Shown piece by piece: positions 28,378 through 47,149 of a stretch of 64,000 bases of DNA (the stretch's first letter is position 1; each line of letters starts with the position of its first letter). The notes under the pieces are model-generated. The model saw nothing but the letters and a program-made list of their open reading frames with translations, had not been told where the DNA came from and did not search any database. The stretch is taken from NCBI GenBank assembly GCA_964016885.1, contig OZ024742.1, positions 110,608,001-110,672,000 on the forward strand. The letters run 5' to 3'. A program made the position numbers and the translations under genes. The stretch comes from Eledone cirrhosa (taxonomy: Eukaryota).

Positions 28378-29369
28378 CAAATACTCTACCACACCTAACC
28401 TAGCTAGGCATATAGCCAATTACAATTCTAAAACATTAAATAAGCCAACCACCTCCGAACCCAATCCCCAGACTGTGTAATTGACTGTGTAATTGCCTAA
28501 GTAAGGAAGCCTGCCCACTTGAAAACAAATGCCTGACAAATGATATGGTATACAAATGCGATGTCATCTCAGGCACCGATGATTGCAACAACAAAAATAC
28601 TTACATCGGCATGACTTCCAATGACTTTAAGACCCGTTGTTATGCCCATACCCACTCCTTCAGAAGACAGGACAAATCAAACCATACAACACTCGCCTCC
28701 TATGTTTGAGACCTCAAAAGGAACTCCACCCCCTTCACGCTTAAATGGAAAATACTCCAGAAAGCGCGCTCTTACAACGGAGGACACAAGGGATGCCACT
28801 TTTGTATCTCAGAGAGCTACGAAATTTTATTCGCCAAAGGCCGTTACTGAGCAAACTCTCTGAACACTGCCCGAACTGCATGCACAAAAACATTGCAACT
28901 TTCAAATACCTTAAGCCAGTGTTAATGTCCGATGGCTAAAAACGACTTCCCCCTTTTAGCCCCTCTACCTCCTTCCCACCTCACTCCTACCCCTCCTCAA
29001 CCTGAAACACGGCCACTATGGTTATGTAAGTACCCCTTACCTATCTGCATTTTCTGCTTGTAGAGGTGTTTTTATGTGCCTGTGTTAATGCATATATTTA
29101 TGAGTACGTATTTGTATGTATTTGTATGAGTGGCCGTTCGTTTGTATTCATATCGCTGTGTGTAGGTGCCTTCACATGTCATATATGTGTGTATATTTAT
29201 ATGTATGTATATATGGTTTTGTGTATGTGTGTGTGTATATGTGTATAAATATATATATATATGTATGTATATGTATATATATATCTATGTGTGTAAATAT
29301 ATATATATATATGTGTGTGTATATATGTATATGTGTATATATATATATATGTATATGTATATATATGTG

Positions 29370-29426
<57 letters not shown>

Positions 29427-29492
29427 GTATGTGTATATGTAATGTATGTATGTGTATGTATGGATGTATACATATATATATGTATGTATATG

Positions 29493-29527
<35 letters not shown>

Positions 29528-29532
29528 GTATA

Positions 29533-29603
<71 letters not shown>

Positions 29604-29608
29604 GTGTG

Positions 29609-29659
<51 letters not shown>

Positions 29660-29677
29660 ATGTATATATATATATAT

Positions 29678-30166
<489 letters not shown>

Positions 30167-30199
30167 GTATGTGTGTGTATGCGTGTGTATATGTGTATG

Positions 30200-30263
<64 letters not shown>

Positions 30264-30269
30264 TATATA

Positions 30270-30316
<47 letters not shown>

Positions 30317-30649
30317 ATGTATGTGTGTGTGTATGTATGTGCGTGTGTATATATGTGTGTATGTGTATATTTATATATATATATATGTATATATATATGT
30401 ATATATATATATATGTGTGTGTATATGTATATATATATATATATGTATATGTGTGCGTATCTATGTGTATATATATATATATATGTTTGTATGTATGCAT
30501 ATATGTATGTATGTGTATGTGTATATGTATATATATATATGTGTGTATGTGTGTATATATGTGTATATATCTCTCTATATATATGTATATATATAGATAT
30601 ATATGTATATATATGTGTATATATGTATATGTGTATGTGTGTATACGTG

Positions 30650-30681
<32 letters not shown>

Positions 30682-30924
30682 AATATGTATATATGTGTGT
30701 ATATATGTATATATATGTATATATATATGTATATATATATGTATATGTGTGTATGTGTGTGTATATGTTTATGTATGTATATATATGTGTAAATTATAGC
30801 CTTAAAGATTTAGCTTTTAATGAATTCCCTTTTCTTTCAACCAATGACCTCTACCCATCCCACTCCCCACCCTCTCCTACTACCTGAAAAGATATAAATA
30901 CCACAACATTTATTTTTGGAAAGC

Positions 30925-30977
30925 GAGATTCCTGATGATTTCTAAATAATGAAACAGTTCTAGTCCTGTAGAATCTC
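30925..30977 (+). ncRNA. Type I hammerhead ribozyme
   Basis: GAGATTC-CTGATGA-[weak stem II]-GAAA-CAG(ttctagtc)CTG-TA-GAATCTC. Confidence 0.75.
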
Positions 30978-31068
30978 ATCTATATTAAAACTTTTATACT
31001 CTGCTATGTATTGAGTACCTTACTTACTGTGGTTACCTCCGATTGAACCCGGAATAACGTATATATAT

Positions 31069-31400
31069 ATATTATCAAGAAAACGAAAAATCAGTGATGC
31101 ATCTGGACTTAGTTTATTTCGTATTACAAATGTTTCGCCGGCATGTAGCTCGAGTCATGGTCCTTGTATGGATCTGGCTGATTCTACTTCTGCGGGTTCT
31201 TTCAGACACGGGTGTTATGTCCGGAGCAAGTGATAAAATTTGCTCCGGACATAACACTCGTGTCTGAAAGAACCCGCAGAAGTAGAACCAGCCAGATCCA
31301 TACAAGGACCATGACTCGAGCTACATGCCGGCGAAACATTTGTAACACGAAATAAACAAAATCCAGATGCATCACTGATTTTTCGTTTTCTTGATAATAT
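31069..31400. repeat. Foldback palindrome (about 160 bp arms) with an HHR-like motif in each arm (minus 31120-31210, plus 31259-31349)
   Basis: Plus arm: CGTGT-CTGAAAGA-[long stem II]-GAAA-CATTTG-TA-ACACG; core has one extra A in both arms. Confidence 0.85.
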
Positions 31401-31561
31401 CTACACTCTACTCTGATGAATATCGAGTGCTAATTTTGGCATAACGCCTACGGAAGCACCATAGCTACCACTATACACAACTATACATATATATATATAT
31501 ATATACATTTGTGTGTGTGTATATATGTGTGCATATCTGTGTACATATGTAAATAATATAT

Positions 31562-31611
<50 letters not shown>

Positions 31612-31714
31612 CAGTACATAAAAAACAAAGATATATCCTTAGCACTCCCATAGATAGACAGTAAGTTGGGTTTATCTCACAAATTCTCAGAAAGTAAAAA
31701 TCATGCTTGAAATG

Positions 31715-32285
<571 letters not shown>

Positions 32286-34096
32286 CGATATATATATATA
32301 TACATATATATATATTAATATATATCGTAAAACATTTCGTAATGTATTGTGATTTTATATAAAAATATGATAAAATATCTTATATATAATTCGGTTTTAT
32401 GTAAAAATACCATAAAATATCAAAATATCTGATTTATGTATATATATGTGTGTGTGTGTGTGTGTATCGTTCTTTATTTTCAAGCTGATATCAAAATACA
32501 CAATCTCTGACACACATTTATTCTGTTACGTCTACAGTTATTCACTTACTTTATCCTAACAAACACCAACACGTTCGTATTGATACGTACACTGTCATGA
32601 ATACCACATACAAACACACATATAAGCATAATTGTATGGTTAAGAAGTTCGTTTCACTACCAGTTTATTCTTGGTTCATTCCAACTACTCCGCTCATTGT
32701 GAAAGTGTCTCTGCAATTATTTAATGAATCCTTTGCGAGTGCAATTTAGGGTAAGAACTTCATAGATGCACGTCGAATATGCATATATACGAGTAATTTT
32801 ATGTCCAGTAAATAAATATTTCATTAAGTTCAAATTATTTCAATATGTATTTGTACTATATCCTATGTTTCACTACTCTTCATGAATTTTATCTTATTTT
32901 TATACCTCTTACACTTGTATATGGTATACTACTGTAACTATAGGTGATTCATGGTGATTCATATTTATTTGTATAATCATTGTTTGTATCTCATTCCCTA
33001 CTTTTCATCGATTTATGTTATTTTATCTCAAGCTTGTAAATCCTTTACCAAATTGCACCACCAAAATGACTGACTGAACACCTGTAAATTTTCTTTTACC
33101 TCACAATATCACATCAGTCGTTCCGTCAATGTAGGCAAGATATCTAAAACACCTGTTTTTCCTACATAAATTGTTTCCCTGAGATTGTCATGCATAAATG
33201 CAAATTTACTTTCTTTTTTACATATAGCAAATACTCTTCGACAAACATCATCAAATTTCGCAAATATCGAAAATCTTTGCAAATACAGAAAAATACCCAA
33301 ACATTTTGCAAACAGAAAAACTGACAAATATCGGTAAACATAGACACATTTGCACAAACATTGATAAATCTTGTGATATTCTGTAACACAATAAAGCTAC
33401 GTGCGTCTTACATTCTATCGACTTTATTTTACTCCGTCATTCGTCAAATGATTTCTTGATTTACATTTATATGCAAGTATACGATACAAGACTACATTTT
33501 GAAATCTAAAACTCAGTAATAGAATGTTAGATGTAAAGTTTACATGAAAGTAAGAATCCAACTTAAAGTTTAACATGTTTTTGGAGGTATTTGTATGGGG
33601 GAATATCTTGGTTTCATCTCTCTCTGTTGCGTATACAAATATAACCAAGGATGTATTTTTCCGCTCATAACTGAGAGTTTGATAAATAGGTACCGGCCAA
33701 CTAATGGCGAAACTATTCGAATTTCTCACCATCACATTCTGCAGAGGTCGTTCTATAGTTTAATCAAGGAAACTATTTGCAAAGCGAGGCCAAATATATA
33801 TATGTATCAAAAATATATGTAAATTTATTTACAACTCTTTCACAAACAATGTCATAATAGTTCAGCGAATTAATTTGAGTCACCAACGAGTGTATTGTTG
33901 TACCAGAGAAGTAAAATTACTTTTCACTGTTCATGAATCCGTGCAGCAGAGAAAACGATGTATTTAAATTTAGGGTCTACTTGCATAGCAAACGAGAATA
34001 AATGGAGGTTCATGAAACGTACACTCGTAAATTTCCTTATAACGTATGCACAAGCACGCACATGCAGCATTCTAAATATGTACAACAACAACAAAA

Positions 34097-34145
<49 letters not shown>

Positions 34146-34289
34146 ATAATAATAATAATAATGATGATGATGATGATGATAACGATGATGCTGATGATGA
34201 TTTCATTATTAAAAAAAAATGAAATACATTAAGGACAGTACAATACGATACAGTAAAAATGGGAAATAACAAATATAAAAACAACAGAT

Positions 34290-35520
34290 GTAACAATAAA
34301 ATTAGAACCAAGAAAATTCACAAATAAGGGGTAATCTCTGAGAGCCACTTTTGGAAAAAGCCACAAAAATCCAAGCTCAATATGCCCAATCATGTAAGTG
34401 CCTTCTCCCAATCTCATCCATTCTAGAGGTATATACTGCGGGGTCACTGGGACCATACTTGCGCCACTCTTATCCACCTCTCAATAAATTCACTGGAAGA
34501 CTACACGTTAATCTCCACTCTCGATTTCCCTTCCAAGGGAAATTTCAAGAAGCCTTTGAGGGCTTGGCTAAAGGTTAAAGCTTCCCTCGTCAGCTTTTTC
34601 TATCTTGTCCGCCACACAACTTCTTTCAGCCTGGCTACCAGACATGCTTGTTCTTCTTGATCAAAAGAAGACAGCGGGGTAATCTTCACAACAGACTCAG
34701 ATGATAGTCAGGTTCGTGCTACACGTAATAGAAGCTGTTCAACATAACTGCACAAGTCAGCAATTCTCGGTCAATGGTCGAGCGTGTACAGGATGGTTTC
34801 GTCACCATGTGCAAATCTCAGTCAGACAATGCTGATGACGATTGTAGCTTTAATTCTAAACAGGCAAGGGATTTCTGGAAGTTATCCATGGGTTCTCGAA
34901 AAGATTTCTCTGGAAAATACTTGCTATTTGATTTTCTTCGGAGCCCTCACTCTGCCAACGCAGGGTTCATGATTTGCATTGATGATTTGGTCGAGGGTGA
35001 ATATCACCGCAAAGACCTCGGCTGAAATGTCTTTCCAAAAAGCCTTTTCTAATTTTCCAACTAACTTTCCCTCTAATATAGTTATCTCTATTACTACTTC
35101 CTTATTGAGCCTTATCGGTTCTACTCTAATCACCCTTTGCAGAACAAACGCTATTTGTTGTTGAGCATTGCTCCTGTCAACGCCTTTTTAACTAGTTCTC
35201 TAATCCGGTAATCGTGCAAGCTTTTCACGCCGAGAATGAAGAGACAATCTAGTCCCTGCCCATGAAGTCTATTTAAGTCGACCGTACACATCTCACATTT
35301 CTGTTTGTGTAGTTGCCCCCTTTGAAGTGGGTGCAAACTGTACTGTATAAATATACTGACCTACAGATACGATCTGGATGACTCGCTGCCGTCAGCATGT
35401 CTATACCATTCGGTACCAGTTAGAGAGTTGGAAAATTCTGAGCAGGTTTGTGATGCTTTATCGGCCTCCTCTCCTATCTTCTCGGCGAACATCCAAGATA
35501 ATGCTTCAATCTCCCATTAA
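34290..35520 (-). mobile_element. Decayed L1/Tx1-like LINE, ORF2 3' portion
   Basis: Broken frames with HPLQRG-like post-RT motif and an LKFPLEGK.RVE...SSEFIERWIRV-like C-terminus. Confidence 0.5.
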
Positions 35521-35568
35521 CAATAAAGAGAAATAGAAAGATAGAAAGAGAAAGAGAGAGGGGGGGGC

Positions 35569-35599
<31 letters not shown>

Positions 35600-36109
35600 G
35601 AGGGGGACAGGCAGACAGAGAAAGAAAGGGAGTGAAAGAAAAGGAGAGAGTGTGTGAGCGAAAGAGAGAGAGAAAGCGAGAGTGAGAGAGAGAAGAGAAG
35701 AGAAGAGAAAATACTAAAGAGATATGGACAATAAAATTGTAAGAATTATAAATACGAAGGACTCTTAATACGATGTTAATAAGTTGTAAGAAAGTTGTCA
35801 GCGTGGCGTTGATGATATAAATATATATGCAAAAAATACACCATGCGAGAGTATGTGTGTAGTTCTATGCATAATGGGTAGACATGCATGATTGCATACA
35901 CACACTTATCGATATAATGCAAATATATACATCTACACAAAATATCAACAAACATATGTGAAGACATTCTAACTAACGTGACCAAGTTCTATAAATACAT
36001 ATTCAAATCCATAAGTATGTTAGCAAACAAAAGCACCACATTCAACAACGGCATCAACAAAGCTACAATCTTTTTCTAATATTTGTCTCCCAATTGCCCA
36101 ACTATGAAG

Positions 36110-38490
<2,381 letters not shown>

Positions 38491-38949
38491 TATATAGCAC
38501 TGATAACAGTTTGAAATGAAGTTTACTTTACACATCCAACCTGGGCCTATTACCAGCTTTAGTACAATGTGCATAGCAATTAATAAACTAATGTTTTAAA
38601 ACAAGTGATATGGCGATTTGTTTCGATCTATAACAATCACTCATAAAGCAAAATTATCGCTAAAGGCTTAAAAATCATGGAAATTGCAATGTCTTTCATT
38701 GAGAATATTATACAAAAGTGACATTCACTATTATTTTTAAAAGTTATATGATCAACAGCTAGTGAACCATTGTTTCCTGTATTTTTGTTGGTTTAGCATT
38801 GGTTAGCTCTGGTTAGACACACGTCTCTTTTGTATATCTAAAGATTTGGTGGTAGCTATTTAAGCGAGATTTAACTGTTATTTCTAGCTGCTCTAGTGGC
38901 CACGTATCTGCCCCTCTTTGTTAATGTCTATTATTTTTAAAGTAGTAGG

Positions 38950-39332
38950 GAGGTGGATTGGCAGTATCGGTAGAGAGTCGGACACCATGCTTTGCAGCAT
39001 AGAGTTACGGTCCTTTACGGTCTGAGTTCAAATCCCGTCGAGGTTAACTTTGCCTTTCATCCTTACGAGATAAAGCACCAGTAACGTACTGTGGTCGATT
39101 TAATCGATCCCCCCCCCCCCCCAAAAAAAAAAATTACTGCCATTATTTTAAATTGGCAGTATCGGTGTCGAGTCGGACGCCATGCTTTCCAGCATAGTTA
39201 CGTCTCTTTACGGTCTGAGTTCAAATCCCGCCGAGGTTAACTTTGCCTTTCATCCTTACGGGGTCGATAAAATAAAGTACCAGTAATGTACTGGGTAATT
39301 GCTGACCTTGTGCCAAAAGTAGAAACAATTAT
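38950..39332 (+). mobile_element. Two tandem SINE family 1 copies (38950-39110, 39152-39332)
   Basis: tggcagtatcggt...ctgagttcaaatcccg...ctttgcctttcatccttacg. Confidence 0.85.
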
Positions 39333-42300
39333 TTTAAATGTAGTGAATGGAACTTTAACTATGAAGCAATGTGAAAGCTAATTACTCTACTGATAGATGA
39401 TCCAAGAGTTGTTTGTGAATCTGAGTAGACTGAAACTGTTTAGAAGACTATCCGACGGATTGCACATGTAAGTCAAAGAGCCAACCTTGATACACTGATT
39501 TCCTGCTGAGAATTATCATAAGGGTACACCTGTCTCTGGAGAATACTGTCATGGAAATGCTGGACGTCTAAACTGAGGTAAATTCATATATATTTTTTTA
39601 CCCATTGCTGGAAGTTCATCTCTCAAACTTCCAAATCATAAGAATCTGATACAATTTTCCATAATTACAAAAGATATTATTGGTCTTCTCAAAGTTCTAA
39701 CAGAACACAAACATTATAACAAATACCACTACAGCATCTTCGTGCGAAACATATTTTTAACGATGCAATAAGGGAGTCTTCTCTTTAACATTTAAATCAC
39801 ATACTATAGTATTAAAAATTGGAAGTAGAAATACACATTGGATAATATAGTTGTAGATACGCTTTTTTCTGAAAAGCCAAATATCGAATGACCACGCAGC
39901 TTGTACAATTTTGATGATACTGCCAGAAGTATGATCAAATATTGATGTAAAGTTATATATGATATATTAATGTCCCAATAATGAGTAATGATTTACAGTC
40001 ATTATACTAATGAATATTTCGGAAAACAATAGCTACCCAAAGGGAAAATAGTCATAACAATTATTTCTGAGTATCAGAGCGGAGATAAATTATTTCAAAA
40101 GCAAACGGATAATATGTCCACAAAATATATAATTGAGATATTAATTGCTATTGTGGACGCAGCATGATCGAATGGTTAAGAAATTCGTTTCGCAATAATA
40201 AAGTTCCAGTTTCAACCCCTTTACGCCGTATCTTCAGCTACAGGCTCTAGTTAACCTAAGTATTGTAAATGAATTTGGATAAACGAAAACTGTTTAGAAG
40301 ATCATCTAATGAAATGTATCTGAAATTAAATGTTTCTACTTTGTTACACATTGTGTCGCACGGAATCATTTTGAGAATTACATTACAGTTACACGTGTCT
40401 GTGGAATGTTCAAAAATATGCACATGAATTTAACGAACATGCTGCTCCATTGATCAACGTACTGGGACAGTAATCATTGAAACTGACGGAGATCCATCCC
40501 ATTTGTGATAGACGCGAATTAGGAGTTGATGAAAATGTGTCTTAAAGATATACACAATGAAAATAAAGTTAATAAATCTGATTAAATGAAATAATTTAGA
40601 AAATATCTTAATTTAGTAATATACATAATGAGACACACCACATAAGATTAACTAGTGTCTATGAGTGAACCTCTACGCAGTCACTCATTCTACAATGAAA
40701 AGAGAGAAACCTCACATTCTACAATATTAAAAGATACGACAGATACGTTAGTTAGGGGTAGAAGCTTTTGGTCATAGGTCTGCTCAACCGATACTGGACT
40801 TGGGCAAATTGACAACAAAACAACCACATTTGCTATCGAAATATCCATTTACGGTTGTTATGTGAGATTGAAAATAACTCCTATTGCCAGTCTCGTAATA
40901 ACATAGTTAACTAAAGCAAATTAATTTCATAAAGAGATATATATAAATATATATTGAGCGTAATTTTAGTATTACCGAGGCATTAAATTCCAAGTCACTT
41001 TTCCGAAATGTCAGACGGAAATGACCTCCTGTGGATGAAATTCAAATGTTTGACTTCTATTGTAAACAATATAATCCGTGTTTTGTTATAATTGTATTAT
41101 GACTTCTTATAACAATGCTAACATTTAGGTTTATCAATATAACTTACAATATTGAAACAAAGGTACAGGGTCTAGAAATTTTCATGTCAGCATTTGATGT
41201 GAAAAGAACAAGTTATAAGGCTACAACATGGGTGGCTGTTCACTTTTAACTTTTAATTGATTACTCAAAGAATGGAAGTCATCGCTCATGATCCTTTTCA
41301 TAGCATCCATAAATCTGGTGGACAGAAGAAACGAAGGAAGAAATTTATTCTGAGACCGAAGACTGAACTACACGAAAGGCATCCAATGTCCAGCTGATGT
41401 TGTTAAACTGGGGGTTAGATTATTTTACTACACACAAATAGGTTCAATACCTTGGACGGGCAACCACAAAATTTTCATCTACAAAATTTCACTTAGAATT
41501 TTCGGTCGACCTAGGGTAGTGAGGAAATGCTTGAATGCATGAAAAAGCTTTACAGATGCAACTCTTGTGTGAATGATTAAGTGACTGATAACGTGAGCTT
41601 ACGCAATAATCAAATATGTATTAATATATGATTTTGCATATCTACATTTGTAGACATAAAGTAAAAATTCATGTACTGACTGGTTTATAAATAGTGGAGT
41701 TTCCAGTCTCCATCGAAATCTACAGTATCAGAGCCACGGAACTATGTTGAGGAACCCCTGACTATATCTAACCGGTAGCATCTAGCCGCATTTCTGTTCC
41801 TCACCTGTAAGGGTTGTGATGATCCAGGTTTCAATTGTAAAGGTGTGCTCCCTTTCGAACCCTCTTTGGGGTCTCGAGATACGCAATCTTTGTACATCCA
41901 TCCCAGGCCCATCGCCAGTTTCTGTGGCATGAAATAGAGACTGCAATATAGTTTTCGAACAGGACTCACTACCTAAAGCCTGAACGCGTATCTTGTTAAC
42001 TCGTGCGAAGGACGATGTGGTATGATTCTTTTTCGTTTGTCTCACCATATTGCAATTTTGGTGGGCTTATTGGCGCGAATCACCCGCGAAGATTGGGCTT
42101 TTTAAGAGGCGGTTTTATTTGCCTCGTGATGGCTACGTCACAGTGTTGTGAGAGTTTTCTTGGGAAGTATAGGTATCACCTATTGCTCCATCTACCCTAG
42201 TAATTTACCGCTGTTGGTCCAAGGTTTCTGTTTCGTTCGGTAGCTGCCTGCTTATATCGCAACTAACCATCATATCTGGTGGCCGTATCGTTATACGGCA

Positions 42301-43093
42301 CCAGCGACCCATTCTCTTGCAGAACATCTCTTTCGAGAATGTAAACATGAACGCTGTAAACACCATGACTGAAACTGTTACATTAGACGCATAAGTACGG
42401 CATTGCCTCAAATTATTATATAGTATATAAAACAGAATGAAATAGTAAACCATTAATGGATATAAAACAAGGAGAGCCATTAAAGAGTCTATACTAATAT
42501 GAACATATTTTAAAAAATCCATAAATAACAGCTCAAACTAAAGTAAATTGATATTTTTAATAGAACGGACACACATGTGCACGCATACATATATACAAAC
42601 ATACACACACACATTTCACCCTTTCTTTCTTCCGCTTCATTCTTCCTTTCCTTCTTACCATGCATTCGCGTGTGTGAGTGTGTGTAAGCTGGCGATAAGA
42701 GTGCGTATCTGCGGGATGAACAACGTGATTCCGTCCACCTCTAACTACTACCCCTCCTTCCACTCTCCCCCTTTGCTATGAAGTTATAGTGTGAGCCTCT
42801 CGAGTTGGAATGACTCTTCCAGCGCGTCTCCCTCATCATTCTCCGGGGAAACGCTTTCTCTATTCTGTCCACCGGGGCCGCTGGGTGGCCAGTGCATGCT
42901 CCCCCCCCATTTCTCATAATAGTCAGCGATGGGGAGAGAGGGAGAGACAGTGACAATGAGAGTTTGGCTCCTTTGTGTTCGGACCTGGTGTATATGTATA
43001 TGTTCCATCACAGACACACACTCACACTGACGCCGTGTAGTTATTTATTTTTTAATGTATATGCTCAGAATATATATTTAACAGTATCTTTCA

Positions 43094-45193
43094 TTTTATC
43101 TGTAGTACCAACATCAATACACCATTTATCTGTAGTACCAGCATCAATACACCATTTTATCTGTAGTACCAACATCAATACACCATTTTATCTGTAGTAC
43201 TAGCATCAATACACCATTTTATCTGTAGTACCAACATAAATACACCATTTTATCTGTAGTACCAACATCAATACACCATTTATCTGTAGTACCAGCATCA
43301 ATACACCATTTTATCTGTAGTACCAACATCAATACACCATTTATCTGTAGTACCAGCATCAATACACCATTTATCTGTAGTACCAGCATCAATACACCAT
43401 TTTATCTGTAGTATCAACATCAATACACCATTTTATCTGTAGTACCAACATTAATACACCATTTTATCTGTAGTACCAACATTAATACACCATTTTATCT
43501 GTAGTACCAGCATCAATACACCATTTTATCTGTAGTACCAACATCAATACACCATTTTATCTGTAGTATCAACATCAATACACCATTTTATCTGTAGTAC
43601 CAACATCAATACACCATTTTATCTGTAGTACCAACGTCAATACACCATTTTATCTGTAGTACTAGCATCAATACACCATTTTATCTGTAGTACCAACATC
43701 AATACACCATTTTATCTGTAGTACCAACATCAATACACCATTTTATCTGTAGTACCAACATCAATACACCATTTAATCTGTAGTACCACCATCAATACAC
43801 CATTTATCTGTAGTACCAGCATCAATACACCATTTTATCTGTAGTACCAGCATCAATACACCATTTTATCTGTAGTATCAACATCAATACACCATTTTAT
43901 CTGTAGTACCAGCATCAATACACCATTTTATCTGTAGTATCAACATCAATATACCATTTTATCTGTAGTACTAGCATCAATACACCATTTTATCTGTAGT
44001 ACCAGCATCAATACACCATTTTATCTGTAGTATCAACATCAATACACCATTTTATCTGTAGTACTAGCATCAATTCACCATTTTATCTGTAGTACCAACA
44101 TCAATACACCATTTTATCTGTAGTACTAGCATTAATACATCATTTTATCTGTAGTATCAACATCAATACACCATTTTATCTGTAGTACTAGCATCAATAC
44201 ACCATTTATCTGTAGTACTAGCATTAATACACCATTTTACCTGTAGTACCAACATCAATACACCATTTTATCTGTAGTACTAGCATCAATACACCATTTT
44301 ATCTGTAGTACTAGCATCAATACACCATTTTATCTGTAGTACCAACATCAATACACCATTTTATCTGTAGTACCAACATCAATACACCATTTTATCTGTA
44401 GTACCAACATCAATACACCATTTTATCTGTAGTACCAACGTCAATACACCATTTTATCTGTAGTACTAGCATCAATACACCATTTTATCTGTAGTACTAG
44501 CATCAATACACCATTTTATCTGTAGTACCAGCATCAATACACCATTTTATCTGTAGTACCAGCATCAATACACCATTTTATCTGTAGTACCAGCATCAAT
44601 ACACCATTTTATCTGTAGTACCAGCATCAATACACCATTTTATCTGTAGTACCAACATTAATACACCATTTTATCTGTAGTACTAGCATCAATACACCAT
44701 TTATCTGTAGTACTAGCATCAATATACCATTTTATCTGTAGTACCAACATCAATACACCATTTTATCTGTAGTACCAACATTAATACACCATTTTATCTG
44801 TAGTACCAACATTAATACACCATTTTATCTGTAGTACTAGCATCAATACACCATTTATCTGTAGTACTAGCATCAATACACCATTTTATCTGTAGTACCA
44901 ACATCAATACACCATTTTATCTGTAGTACCAACATCAATACACCATTTTATCTGTAGTACCAACATTAATACACCATTTTATCTGTAGTACCAACATTAA
45001 TACACCATTTTATCTGTAGTACTAGCATCAATACACCATTTTATCTGTAGTACCAACATCAATACACCATTTTATCTGTAGTACTAGCATCAATACACCA
45101 TTTTATCTGTAGTACCAACATCAATACACCATTTTATCTGTAGTACCAACATCAATACACCATTTTATCTGTAGTACCAACATTAATACACCA
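43094..45193. repeat. Minisatellite, 31-bp unit (some 30-bp) ttttatctgtagtaccaacatcaatacacca, roughly 68 copies
   Basis: Contiguous tandem units without spacers; variants ccaa/ccag/ctag/tcaa and catc/catt. Confidence 0.97.
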
Positions 45194-45701
45194 CTGACTG
45201 AACATCTACCCAGTCTAACAATATCCCTGTGACCTGACAATGCGAACTGCAAAGGTGACCTTATCCTACACACCCATCGACAGTGCTTTTCAACATGTTC
45301 TTTTTACTTCTTAATTCTTTTTCTTCTATTCTTTCTTCTTCAATTTCTAGCTACACAGTTTATTTTCCTTTCTTTTCCCCCTCTTCATCCTCTCGTCCCC
45401 CATCTTCCTCCTCTAATTTCCCTTAAATTTGAGACGCTTTCCTAGAACGTAATCGCTCTAATAATATCCAATTTCGTAGAACTATTGTAGGATGCTACTA
45501 TAAGTGATAGCGTATATACACCTCTCTCTTATGCATTTCATTGTTGTTTAGACGATATGTACTACATCTGAGGAAGAAGCCAACTTGGTCGATTAAAATG
45601 TAATATACACATTTAAAGTGATATACACATTTACGCAGTCTTGGTTACCTTTATTCTATATATAGAAATATATTTAGCCACGAGTATATATACATACATA
45701 C

Positions 45702-45737
<36 letters not shown>

Positions 45738-45765
45738 CTCCCTCTCTCTCTCTATCTCTCTCTCT

Positions 45766-45819
<54 letters not shown>

Positions 45820-45821
<2 letters not shown>

Positions 45822-45967
45822 AAAGAGTCAGGACCCTGACGGCTGAGCTCCGGCCGTTCAGCCGCCGTGGTCTTGACCCTTTTTCCATTACCTACTCTGC
45901 TACCCTAAGTATCGAGTACTCTGGTGCGTTATGGTCTACCTGGTTCCTTACCACACTTTCTTCGTTA
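45820..45967 (+). mobile_element. Short pLTR 3' fragment with inverted tip (family of 4927-5114 and 57243-57430)
   Basis: ctaccctaagtatcgagtactctggtgcgttatggtc...ttccttaccacac is the reverse complement of 4935-4995; TA-flanked. Confidence 0.8.
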
Positions 45968-46874
45968 TATATATATATATATATATATTTATATACAGTG
46001 TGTATATATATAAATATACACACATACATATTCACATTTATACACATCACACACACGCACGTTTACGCACACAATATACATATATATAAGTACATACATT
46101 TTCGTCCGTATTACACTCTGATGCTGTCAATATCTTACTGTAAAATACGCCTGCTCCCCTACCTGTAAGTTGTATTAACTGCTTGTTTCTTTCTTGAATG
46201 TTTTGGTCGGATTTAACAAGACTTTCACAATAATTTGACAGTTAAAATCCAGAAAACAAAATAGAATTGTTAATCTGCCACCCCTTAAACGTTTCAAGAT
46301 TAACTTTAGAATAACTTTAGTTCGGAATGTGAATTAATCTGCTGTAAATGTCATTATTTTATTCTTAGAGCATTCTATAACAGTAATATTAATCCTAGAT
46401 GTTTATTATTTTAGAGGGCAAAATGAAGAAATTAAATAGAAAGCAAAATGGAGAAATAAGAAAGAGTATATAAAGATAAATTCTAAAGTATATACAAGTA
46501 CATATTGAACATATTATCATTTTATTAGAGATTTAAACTGCACTTCTTTATGCTGAGAAAAGTATATGAATTATGTACAAAGAAAAATATTTCGCTGAGA
46601 GAAAATATTTAGAAGGTTTATAAAAAATAGCAACATTTTTGCAATAGAAGTGAAAGATATCTAGACTTACTATTATCACAATAAAATAATATTTTACTTA
46701 TATATTTACCGCTTATTTATTTAGTTTTTGCGGCTTTTTTATAATCTTAAGAGTAGTTAATAGTTTATGACTACTTTCTGTTTATTGAAATAAGTGATAG
46801 TCTCACACAACATTGGAACTATCGAGTAGTACTTTGTAAGAATCCAAGTCCTGTTCTCTCTCTCTCTCTCTCTC

Positions 46875-46978
<104 letters not shown>

Positions 46979-47149
46979 TATCTATGTATTTTTCATATAG
47001 AAATGAATTTCCACAGCTAGAACTGTTTCTTTTATTGTAAATAATCAGGAATATTCCAGAACATCCTTGATGTTTTGTTACTATGTGTAATGGGTTTGAA
47101 AATAAAGTAGCATCATTATGCATTAATAATGACATAATTAATCCGTAGA

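Noticed and set aside
41690-42400. Possible LINE RT remnant
   Set aside because: No diagnostic motif could be read with confidence
43094-45193. CRISPR array
   Set aside because: Repeats are contiguous with no unique spacers, there are no cas genes, and the context is eukaryotic
45563-45602. TACAT-CTGAGGA...ATGTA possible HHR
   Set aside because: No GAAA or stem III; at best a decayed relic
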